From a virus (taxonomy: Duplodnaviria; Caudoviricetes): a DNA stretch of 61,782 nucleotides. The position numbers and the translations under genes were made by a program. Under the pieces are notes generated by a model that ran no database searches, was not told the origin of the DNA, and saw only the letters and a program-made list of their open reading frames with translations. The DNA lies in the IMG/VR virus record IMGVR_UViG_3300044922_000479, positions 1-61,782 of that record. One strand, given 5' to 3'. Below, one piece after another: positions 55,737 to 61,782 of this stretch (the stretch's first letter is position 1; every line of letters begins with the position of its first letter).

Positions 55737-55796
55737 ATCAGACTCTCCTCATATTGCGATAAATCGCGTTGGTTTGGTTTAGGGAATAACTTTGGG

Positions 55797-56045
55797 TCAA
55801 GTCTTGTGAATGGCCACCACGCCATCAGTTGTTCTTGACTCAAAGGTTTTTGGGGCTGCTCTTGGGGTTGCAGCTTCTTTTGTTGTTTTAAAGACTTCAT
55901 AATATTTCTTAGGCATCGGTGCCTTCTTATCTAATAAATTCCGGAGCCATTCCGCTCCGCCTAGTTGGTTCAAAATCATCCACTGCCGGTCAGACATCCT
56001 CACTTGTCTTCCGATCAGTGGCTCGGGTGGTTTTGGTCTTGGCAT
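55797..56045 (-). CDS. Small ribbon-helix-helix-like DNA-binding protein (putative)
   Basis: RQVRMSDRQW..LGGAEWLR. Confidence 0.6.
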   Translation of the reverse strand: MPRPKPPEPLIGRQVRMSDRQWMILNQLGGAEWLRNLLDKKAPMPKKYYEVFKTTKEAATPRAAPKTFESRTTDGVVAIHKT

Positions 56046-56223
56046 GTTGTATCAAATTCCTTGTGGTTACTCGTTTGGTCCAGCAGCAAGCGCAAATCCA
56101 CTTTGCTGCACTCATTTGAATTCCTCCTTCCGGAGGCCGCATTTCTTCGCATTTATTACAAAGTTGTAATTGATGCACTGGTTGTTTGCTGCCCAATTGC
56201 AAGTGTTGATTTGTGAAGCTCAT
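55990..56223 (-). CDS. Small Zn-finger-like protein
   Basis: CNKC...CACC. Confidence 0.65.
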   Translation of the reverse strand: MSFTNQHLQLGSKQPVHQLQLCNKCEEMRPPEGGIQMSAAKWICACCWTKRVTTRNLIQHAKTKTTRATDRKTSEDV

Positions 56224-56893
56224 CTTCCATCTTCTTTCTTAAAAATTCTTGGTAATCCCCTTGGTATTTTCTCACCCCGAAGTGATCACACGTGTAAGCC
56301 ACATCAACAAAGATCTTGAACCCCACGTCCGTTAACTTCTTGCAAAGCTGCACATCCTCAGAAATCAATCCCCCGTCAATGATCTGCAGATCACAGATCA
56401 AGCGCCGAGGCTTGTCCTCAAAGTAGGGTGTCGATTGCTCCCAAACAGCCGTCATGGCCGCACGAGAAAGGCGCAAGAATCCAGTGCCAATGCACTCGAC
56501 CTCTAGCAGGTTTACATATGGGTTCCAGTTGTGTTTCCAAGGGTCCTCAGGGCGCAAGTTATAGCGCTCCTCGTCCACCTTCATCGGAACAGGGACACCC
56601 ACCACGTCCACCGGATGGTCAATCAAATCAAAGAAAGCCTGTGCATCAAAGGATTGGTCCGAATCGATGAAAACAATATCGTCCACCCCCGCGTCATACG
56701 CCTCCCCAAACAGATTGCTTCGGGCCTTCTGCAGCAGCGCCTCATTCATCCAGAAATTAAGATTCAATTCCAGATCAGGCCTTTCCACCGCTGCGCGCTG
56801 AAAGATCACAGCCATCGTGACCGCAAAGTCACAGACAACCTTGCCGTCATAAGACGGGCAAAGAATGGCTACCTTGCGTTTAATCGGGCTCAC
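56156..56893 (-). CDS. Second GT-A-fold glycosyltransferase-like protein
   Basis: EALLQKARS, FIDSD, IGTGFLRLSR, ISEDVQLC, CDHFG; same motif order as 28044-28754. Confidence 0.8.
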   Translation of the reverse strand: MSPIKRKVAILCPSYDGKVVCDFAVTMAVIFQRAAVERPDLELNLNFWMNEALLQKARSNLFGEAYDAGVDDIVFIDSDQSFDAQAFFDLIDHPVDVVGVPVPMKVDEERYNLRPEDPWKHNWNPYVNLLEVECIGTGFLRLSRAAMTAVWEQSTPYFEDKPRRLICDLQIIDGGLISEDVQLCKKLTDVGFKIFVDVAYTCDHFGVRKYQGDYQEFLRKKMEDELHKSTLAIGQQTTSASITTL

Positions 56894-57096
56894 GTTTTCA
56901 TATTCCTAATGTATGCAGCAAAACTGCCCGTTGTGTCAGGACCAAAAGCCTTCATCTTCTCAATCTCCTTGGCCACCTCTTCAAGGACCAAGTTACGCTG
57001 TGAGGACAAAACCCAAGGATCTTCCTTAAGCTGCTCAATGACCATCTGGCGCTTACGCCATCCCATGGCCTTCTCCCAAATGCTTAGTTCTTTCAT
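56890..57096 (-). CDS. Hypothetical protein
   Basis: RNLVLEEVAKEIEKMKAFGPDT; overlaps its neighbours. Confidence 0.7.
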   Translation of the reverse strand: MKELSIWEKAMGWRKRQMVIEQLKEDPWVLSSQRNLVLEEVAKEIEKMKAFGPDTTGSFAAYIRNMKT

Positions 57097-57335
57097 GTGT
57101 TCCCCTTCATTTGTTTGAGCGCCGCCTGCAGCCCTGCAAGGCCCCCGACCCGCTGACCGTTGATAAAGATTTGCGGCATCTGGCGCGCCTTCGCATCCTC
57201 CTTCATCAATAGCGCCCTGTTCTCTTCAATGTCCACACTGATCTCCCTGAACGGCAATTCCTGTATCTTCAATACCATCTTTGCTGCCAAGCAGTTAGGG
57301 CAGTTGCTTTTGGTGTACATCAGAATGTCAATCAT
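57093..57335 (-). CDS. Glutaredoxin
   Basis: YTKSNCPNC, MPQIFING..VGG. Confidence 0.92.
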   Translation of the reverse strand: MIDILMYTKSNCPNCLAAKMVLKIQELPFREISVDIEENRALLMKEDAKARQMPQIFINGQRVGGLAGLQAALKQMKGNT

Positions 57336-57508
57336 GCTTTGCTCCTGTCAAAAAACCATTTCCACCTGCGCTTCTTTGCAATCAACTCAAGCTGCTTCAA
57401 CGCATACTTCTCCACTGTCATGCCTAACTTCTCAGCAAGCAATACTTCAGAGTAAGACAAATTAATCTTGCCTACCCTGTTCTCATTCCTTACCTTTCTG
57501 ACTCTCAT
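57332..57508 (-). CDS. 58-aa basic protein with a scaffold-tail-like motif
   Basis: GGAGG RBS before ATG 57508; LSYSEVLLAEKLGMTVEKYA. Confidence 0.68.
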   Translation of the reverse strand: MRVRKVRNENRVGKINLSYSEVLLAEKLGMTVEKYALKQLELIAKKRRWKWFFDRSKA

Positions 57509-57669
57509 CCGTTTTTCTCCTCCGCTAAACTTACACAAGCACCGAACCATGCCATGCCGCAAATCACGGCAATGGGCCAATACAGCCACGCAGGCAAGAA
57601 TTCAACTGCCGCTGAAATAACAAATGGCAAAGTGATGATGTGTAGGTACGCTCTTTGTTTCTTGGTCAT
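57505..57669 (-). CDS. 54-aa two-TM protein (not in the ORF track)
   Basis: MTKKQRAYLHIITLPFVISAAVEFLPAWLYWPIAVICGMAWFGACVSLAEEKNG*; ATGA overlaps at both ends. Confidence 0.62.
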   Translation of the reverse strand: MTKKQRAYLHIITLPFVISAAVEFLPAWLYWPIAVICGMAWFGACVSLAEEKNG

Positions 57670-57914
57670 TTTTTGGACTCCTCATACGCACTGCACTCTT
57701 CCAACCAAATAGGGTCAAAGTTCCACGGCCAATGGAACCAACCCTTCTGCGCAGCACGTGCATTGCCAGAGATCAAAGCCTTGGGCTCCAAGCATTGGAT
57801 GTGATGGGTCATGGGCAAAGGATCGCGGTTCACGCACTTGTGGCAGTTGGGCTTCCATGGCTGCTCAATCTTTTGAATATCTTCTGGAGTATGTTCACGC
57901 CTCATGATATGCAT
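57666..57914 (-). CDS. Cys/Trp-rich small protein
   Basis: CHKC...HIQC...GWFHWPWNFDPIWLEEC; start uncertain. Confidence 0.7.
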   Translation of the reverse strand: MHIMRREHTPEDIQKIEQPWKPNCHKCVNRDPLPMTHHIQCLEPKALISGNARAAQKGWFHWPWNFDPIWLEECSAYEESKK

Positions 57915-58065
57915 CCCTTATCTTCATCCGATCAATCATGGCCTGCATGGGATCCACGTCACCCATCAGCACGTCAAGCAGCAACTTGTCCGTTGCCTGA
58001 TAAGCTTTCTCTGTCTTGCCAAGCTTGTATCCCAACTCAAAAAACATCTTTGGATCTTCAGTCAT
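57895..58065 (-). CDS. 56-aa hypothetical protein (not in the ORF track)
   Basis: MTEDPKMFFELGYKLGK...DAYHEA*; ATGA overlap and GAGG RBS. Confidence 0.6.
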   Translation of the reverse strand: MTEDPKMFFELGYKLGKTEKAYQATDKLLLDVLMGDVDPMQAMIDRMKIRDAYHEA

Positions 58066-58322
58066 ACAACGTTCCTCATCTCTTCAAAATAAATAGGCGC
58101 ATCCTGCTCTATCCGAAAAATCACATCCGGATGCAAAACCCCGCTCAAGTCCACATTGCTGTTAGGCAAGAACACAGAAATTAACGTCCACACCTCCGGA
58201 TAATCCGGCTCCAGTTTCAAACCAGACAGGGGCTCTACCGACCCAACCTCTGCCGGCTCGTACTCAAAAAAGCACTTAAGCGCCAATCCAAGCTCATCAC
58301 ATTCGTACAGGAATTCGTGCAT
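58062..58322 (-). CDS. Acidic hypothetical protein
   Basis: 86 aa within the - strand operon. Confidence 0.7.
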   Translation of the reverse strand: MHEFLYECDELGLALKCFFEYEPAEVGSVEPLSGLKLEPDYPEVWTLISVFLPNSNVDLSGVLHPDVIFRIEQDAPIYFEEMRNVV

Positions 58323-58325
58323 TTG

Positions 58326-58571
58326 TTACCCCACAGTCAAAATTATTAAAAAAGCCACAATCACCGACCCCAACGTTACAGGCCACAAGGGCACAGGACG
58401 ATGGATCGAGGACCATCCCATCAAGGCTGCCTGAACAAGCTCCTCAGACGATGTCATCTCAGGGGCCTTCGGTTGATACAACAAACCAATCTGCACCTTC
58501 CCAGTGTTGTAGGGCGTCAACCGCTGATTGATGCGGTCAACAGAAATGAAATCATGTGCATTAGTGATCAT
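58326..58571 (-). CDS. Hypothetical protein with C-terminal TM helix
   Basis: PYNTGKVQIG motif and a hydrophobic C-terminus. Confidence 0.7.
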   Translation of the reverse strand: MITNAHDFISVDRINQRLTPYNTGKVQIGLLYQPKAPEMTSSEELVQAALMGWSSIHRPVPLWPVTLGSVIVAFLIILTVG

Positions 58572-58809
58572 AAGAAGCTCCCATACCTTTTTTGGCCTTC
58601 ATCGCATCGTTGTATGCATGCTCAAAACCCTCCAAAAACTTGTCCAGAGGTACACTCAATTCTGCTGTCAAAATGGCTGAGGAGACAAGGCACGCGAACC
58701 ACGCCTGCGATGGTTTGGCAAAAGTAGTTGCGCAAAAGTTAAGCAAAGTCTGCGCATTGTCCATGATTTGTCCAATGTCTTTATCCGTATCGTCCGGCTT
58801 TTTAGTCAT
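58561..58809 (-). CDS. Hypothetical protein, first gene of the - strand operon
   Basis: AGAAAGGATAG RBS on the - strand at 58814-58824. Confidence 0.75.
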   Translation of the reverse strand: MTKKPDDTDKDIGQIMDNAQTLLNFCATTFAKPSQAWFACLVSSAILTAELSVPLDKFLEGFEHAYNDAMKAKKGMGASYDH

Positions 58810-58868
58810 GTCACTATCCTTTCTGTGTTAATGAAGTTGTCCGTCTTTTTATCTAAGTGGACAGGGTT

Positions 58869-58897
58869 ATTATCATGCTTTTATCTAGTTAGGTCAA
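58869..58897 (-). promoter_or_regulatory. Leftward sigma70-like promoter
   Basis: TTGACC-17 bp-GATAAT on the - strand. Confidence 0.65.
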
Positions 58898-59059
58898 TTA
58901 CTTGGAATGTACTAAATCGTAGGGGTTTTCCCTTGGTTTTGGGGTTTTAGTGTGATGTTTTATTGTACTGGGTGGATATACAGTGTGTTTTGGGGGAGGG
59001 GGATTGGACCGCGGACCGAGGGTCAAAAAGGGTGAAAATGGCTCAAAAAGTAATACTAA

Positions 59060-59285
59060 GGTTTAGGTGCTATAGACCTTTTAGGGGTAAGGTATGTTTT
59101 TTTTTTTATTTTTGTGAGATTTGGCGTAATAGACGTAATGGTGTAAGAACTGAATGAAATCAATACGTTACGAGCATTCGGCAAATTACGTCTGGAGATT
59201 CGATGTAATATTTCTAGGGGGGCTCCGCGAGATGAATTCTGAAAAAATAAAAACACACTACACCCTCCAAAAGTTCTATAGGGAG
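59060..59285. other. Candidate replication origin
   Basis: Non-coding, AT-rich, imperfect inverted arms ending TCTATAG, repeated CGTAAT/ATTACG, between divergent promoters. Confidence 0.45.
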
Positions 59286-59304
59286 CCCTGATTGCTTTTG
59301 TTGG

Positions 59305-59333
59305 TTGACTCTTGGGGCGACACTCGTTATACT
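59305..59333 (+). promoter_or_regulatory. Rightward sigma70-like promoter
   Basis: TTGACT-17 bp-TATACT. Confidence 0.75.
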
Positions 59334-59358
59334 CGTGGTAGTTCTTTTACGGGAGTTA

Positions 59359-59577
59359 ATGATGGTACACATTGATCAGGGAATAGCCCTGCCAACCAAT
59401 CGATCCAAATACCCTTTTGGGGAAATGGAAGCGGGCGACAGCATCCTGTTTGGCGTGCGCAAGCAAGCTGAAAGCTGCCGAGTGGCTGCCCTTCGTTTCA
59501 CACGAGTGCATCAGCCCAAATGGGTGTTCACGCTGCGCAAGGTGGACAATGGTTGGCGATTGTGGAGAATCAGCTAA
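59359..59577 (+). CDS. Small putative DNA-binding protein (DUF7303-like)
   Basis: GGAG RBS; KYPFGEMEAGDS...GWRLWR. Confidence 0.75.
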   Translation: MMVHIDQGIALPTNRSKYPFGEMEAGDSILFGVRKQAESCRVAALRFTRVHQPKWVFTLRKVDNGWRLWRIS

Positions 59578-60245
59578 TGGCCAAGAAAGACGTCTACAAC
59601 GTTCCACCGGTTATGCCGGACAAAGCGCGCAAGCGCATGACCACAGAAGTGGCCCCATTGCGTCAGCAGCGCAGGAAGCTCACGCCTAAGGAATGGACCT
59701 TTGTTACCGAGCTTGTGAGTGGGGACGGGCGGGTGACGATGAAAGAGGCTGCTATTCGGGCCGGATACAAGGCCACCAGCGCTTCTGTGATGGCTTGGAA
59801 GCTTACCCACCCTGACATCAATCCGCACGTTGTAGCGGCCATTCAAGCTTATCGTGCTGAATTGGCGTCCAAGTACAACACGTCCTATGAGCGCCATATG
59901 CGCGATTTGCAGGTTATTCGCGATAAAGCTTTGGATGCCGGTGCATTTGCTGCAGCCGTCCAAGCAGAGTATCGTAGAGGCCAAGCCTTGGGAACGATCT
60001 ATGTGGAGCGCAAAGAGATCCGCCATGGCACGATTGACAGCATGAGCAAGGAAGAAGTGCAGCGCAAGCTTGATGAGCTTAAAAAGCTGTATGGTGGCCC
60101 ACCACCTACCGCCTTGATCGATGCGGACACCGGAGTGGTGATTGAAAGTGCAGCACGTGAAAAAGATCCTGAATTCGATGCCGGAGTGGAGCAGCCTCCG
60201 CTTGACATCTTTGAGCGAGATTTGGGGGGATCAGATGACACCTGA
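59577..60245 (+). CDS. terS: Terminase small subunit (putative)
   Basis: LTPKEWTFV...AAIRAGY...A.KL...PHV HTH followed by oligomerisation-type helices. Confidence 0.8.
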   Translation: MAKKDVYNVPPVMPDKARKRMTTEVAPLRQQRRKLTPKEWTFVTELVSGDGRVTMKEAAIRAGYKATSASVMAWKLTHPDINPHVVAAIQAYRAELASKYNTSYERHMRDLQVIRDKALDAGAFAAAVQAEYRRGQALGTIYVERKEIRHGTIDSMSKEEVQRKLDELKKLYGGPPPTALIDADTGVVIESAAREKDPEFDAGVEQPPLDIFERDLGGSDDT

Positions 60246-60639
60246 AGCTAGGTTTTCGGCGAGGGTGAAAGCCGGCCTTGTCAACTGCAGCATTGAACGC
60301 ATTGAGAATCGCGTTAACCTTGGCATTCCTGATATGTTGGTGGGTGTCGGGGAATACTTTGTTTTGATGGAATTGAAAGTGGTGGCCAAGGGGTTAAAAG
60401 TTGGGCTGCGTCCCCATCAGATTGCCTTCATGACTCGGCATGCTGCCAAGGACAGGCCTTGTTTCATTCTTGTTCTTGACATGGGTAATACACTACGCCC
60501 CTCGACCATTCGTTTGTATCAGGGGAGCGATGCTATGAAATTGGCTGCAGAGGGCATAAAGCTTGAGCCCTTCAAATGTTGGCCATCGCGTGGCATGCCT
60601 TGGGTGGAACTAGAGGAAACCCTAGGTTTAGTAAAATAA
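60235..60639 (+). CDS. VRR-NUC / Holliday-junction resolvase-like nuclease
   Basis: PEARF, RIEN..GIPD, MELK, LRPHQ. Confidence 0.8.
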   Translation: MTPEARFSARVKAGLVNCSIERIENRVNLGIPDMLVGVGEYFVLMELKVVAKGLKVGLRPHQIAFMTRHAAKDRPCFILVLDMGNTLRPSTIRLYQGSDAMKLAAEGIKLEPFKCWPSRGMPWVELEETLGLVK

Positions 60640-60652
60640 ATGTAAAAAAGTG

Positions 60653-60722
60653 TTGCAAGGTGTCAAAACCTTGCTATACTGGCGATGCCGGTGCTTGATC
60701 CGGTTCCTTAGAAAGAAGAGAG
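60653..60722 (+). promoter_or_regulatory. Early promoter plus RBS
   Basis: TTGCAA 60653-60658, TG-C-TATACT 60672-60680; AGAAAGAAGAGAG from 60710. Confidence 0.72.
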
Positions 60723-60727
60723 CAGAT

Positions 60728-60901
60728 ATGAAATTATCAGTTGATTTACTTGACAACGATGTCAAGTCGGCCGTTGTAAACATCGGCAAAAACAGCGGTT
60801 ACGTTGAGGTGTATCTCAGCGGTGGTGATCTTGTTGTGATCGTCTATGACGCCAAGGGCGACATTGTCCATTCCTTCGATACGCCTTGGGGGAAAAAATG
60901 A
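60728..60901 (+). CDS. Small early protein
   Basis: ATG directly after the conserved RBS; 57 aa. Confidence 0.7.
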   Translation: MKLSVDLLDNDVKSAVVNIGKNSGYVEVYLSGGDLVVIVYDAKGDIVHSFDTPWGKK

Positions 60902-61278
60902 AAAACTTGTCTTTTGATGATGTGGCTTTTCTTGACGTTTATCAGCATGCCGTTGCTGTTGCGTCGCGTGCTGATGTAGTTCGCTTTTTGTCTGCTGATC
61001 CAGATGAGCGCAGCAGCCGAGAATTTTGCGATTCGATGGACGATGTTTATTCGTCAATTGCTGATGCGCATGAGGTTTGGTTTTGCGCTTTGAAGCATGC
61101 CCGAACAAATAAGGGTATGACAGTTGGCAAATTGTCGGCTGCGCTCGCTAATTTGCCGCGAGATTTGCCCGTTTTGATTTGGGATGCCGGCACCCGTTTA
61201 GGGGTTGCTCATATTGACGATAGCTTTATAGAAGACGAATACCCGCGCCTTGAGTTGAACACCGACCGCGACGATTAA
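60898..61278 (+). CDS. Acidic early hypothetical protein
   Basis: ATGA overlap; C-terminal MTVGKL..ALANLPRDLPV module. Confidence 0.72.
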   Translation: MKNLSFDDVAFLDVYQHAVAVASRADVVRFLSADPDERSSREFCDSMDDVYSSIADAHEVWFCALKHARTNKGMTVGKLSAALANLPRDLPVLIWDAGTRLGVAHIDDSFIEDEYPRLELNTDRDD

Positions 61279-61295
61279 ACCAGAAAGGATAGAAA

Positions 61296-61541
61296 ATGCC
61301 AATTTATAAATATGACGTGTGCTTTCCCAATTCCCAGAGTGTGATCCGCACCTTCCCTTCCCTTACTCGCGCGCGTGACTTTATGCGCTTTATGTCGGCC
61401 GATGACTTGCCCTTTTTGGTTATGCCATGGGATGAAAACAGCATGCCCTTAATTGTGCGACGCGTGAAAACCCCTAGAAAATATCACACAAAAACGGCCG
61501 TTAAAGTTGATATACTAGGCCCCTCACAACAGAAAGGATAG
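61296..61541 (+). CDS. Early hypothetical protein
   Basis: AGAAAGGATAG RBS at 61282. Confidence 0.68.
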   Translation: MPIYKYDVCFPNSQSVIRTFPSLTRARDFMRFMSADDLPFLVMPWDENSMPLIVRRVKTPRKYHTKTAVKVDILGPSQQKG

Positions 61542-61546
61542 AGAAA

Positions 61547-61782
61547 ATGTTAAAAACCGTACGTATTAGCGCCAACAGCAAAACCGGCCCAATTGCAGTT
61601 ACTTATCGCAGCGGAGAGCATGAGACATATGGCACGTGCCCGACTAGCTGCAGCCTTCACCCCAAAAGTGAAACCGGCACATCACAAATTGATAGCGAAT
61701 ATTTAGCGGCCGTTTTTGATAGCGTCCCGCGTGGTGGCCAAGCTTGGACATATTCGCATTTTGCGGCCGAGGCGCTCCCGCT
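61547..61782 (+). CDS. 5' part of the join-spanning Cys-rich protein (continues to 596)
   Basis: TG-A-TATACT 61508-61516, AGAAAGGATAG 61531, ATG 61547; MLKTVRISANSKTGPIAVTY...TCPTSC. Confidence 0.8.
   Translation, partial: MLKTVRISANSKTGPIAVTYRSGEHETYGTCPTSCSLHPKSETGTSQIDSEYLAAVFDSVPRGGQAWTYSHFAAEALP
61656..61782. repeat. Terminal direct repeat, right copy
   Basis: Identical to 1-127. Confidence 0.97.

Noticed and set aside
58963-59256. Short ORFs in the divergent intergenic region
   Set aside because: Low complexity, no RBS, and they coincide with the symmetric origin-like element.

Overview
The window is a complete, circularly permuted genome of a tailed dsDNA phage. Bases 1-127 repeat exactly at 61656-61782, which is most likely an assembly overlap, giving a unit length of 61,655 bp. 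The gene set looks podovirus-like: portal, scaffold, Mu gpT-like major capsid, adaptor and nozzle proteins, large internal/ejection proteins, and no tape measure, tube or sheath recognised. Layout: (i) an early region across the join (about 60650-3590) of small genes, most with their own sigma70-like promoter and an AGAAAGGATAG-type RBS; (ii) a + strand morphogenesis/lysis block (3937-44865) that includes GroES, three Kelch-like repeat proteins and a glycosyltransferase-like gene; (iii) a replication block (exonuclease, SNF2 helicase, SSB-like protein, primase, UvrD-like helicase, family A polymerase); (iv) a - strand accessory block, a probable origin, then terS and a resolvase-like nuclease. 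I recognised no integrase, RNA polymerase, tRNA, CRISPR array, reverse transcriptase or prohead protease. The most interesting signals are three extra copies of the scaffold C-terminal motif on non-structural proteins, a recurring [MFYL][AKN]xGG motif in predicted internal virion proteins, a 30-blade propeller cassette with a split N-terminal anchor, a pseudoknotted RNA after the capsid gene, and an apparently segment-permuted Cys-rich early protein. All family assignments come from motif recognition by eye, not from database searches.
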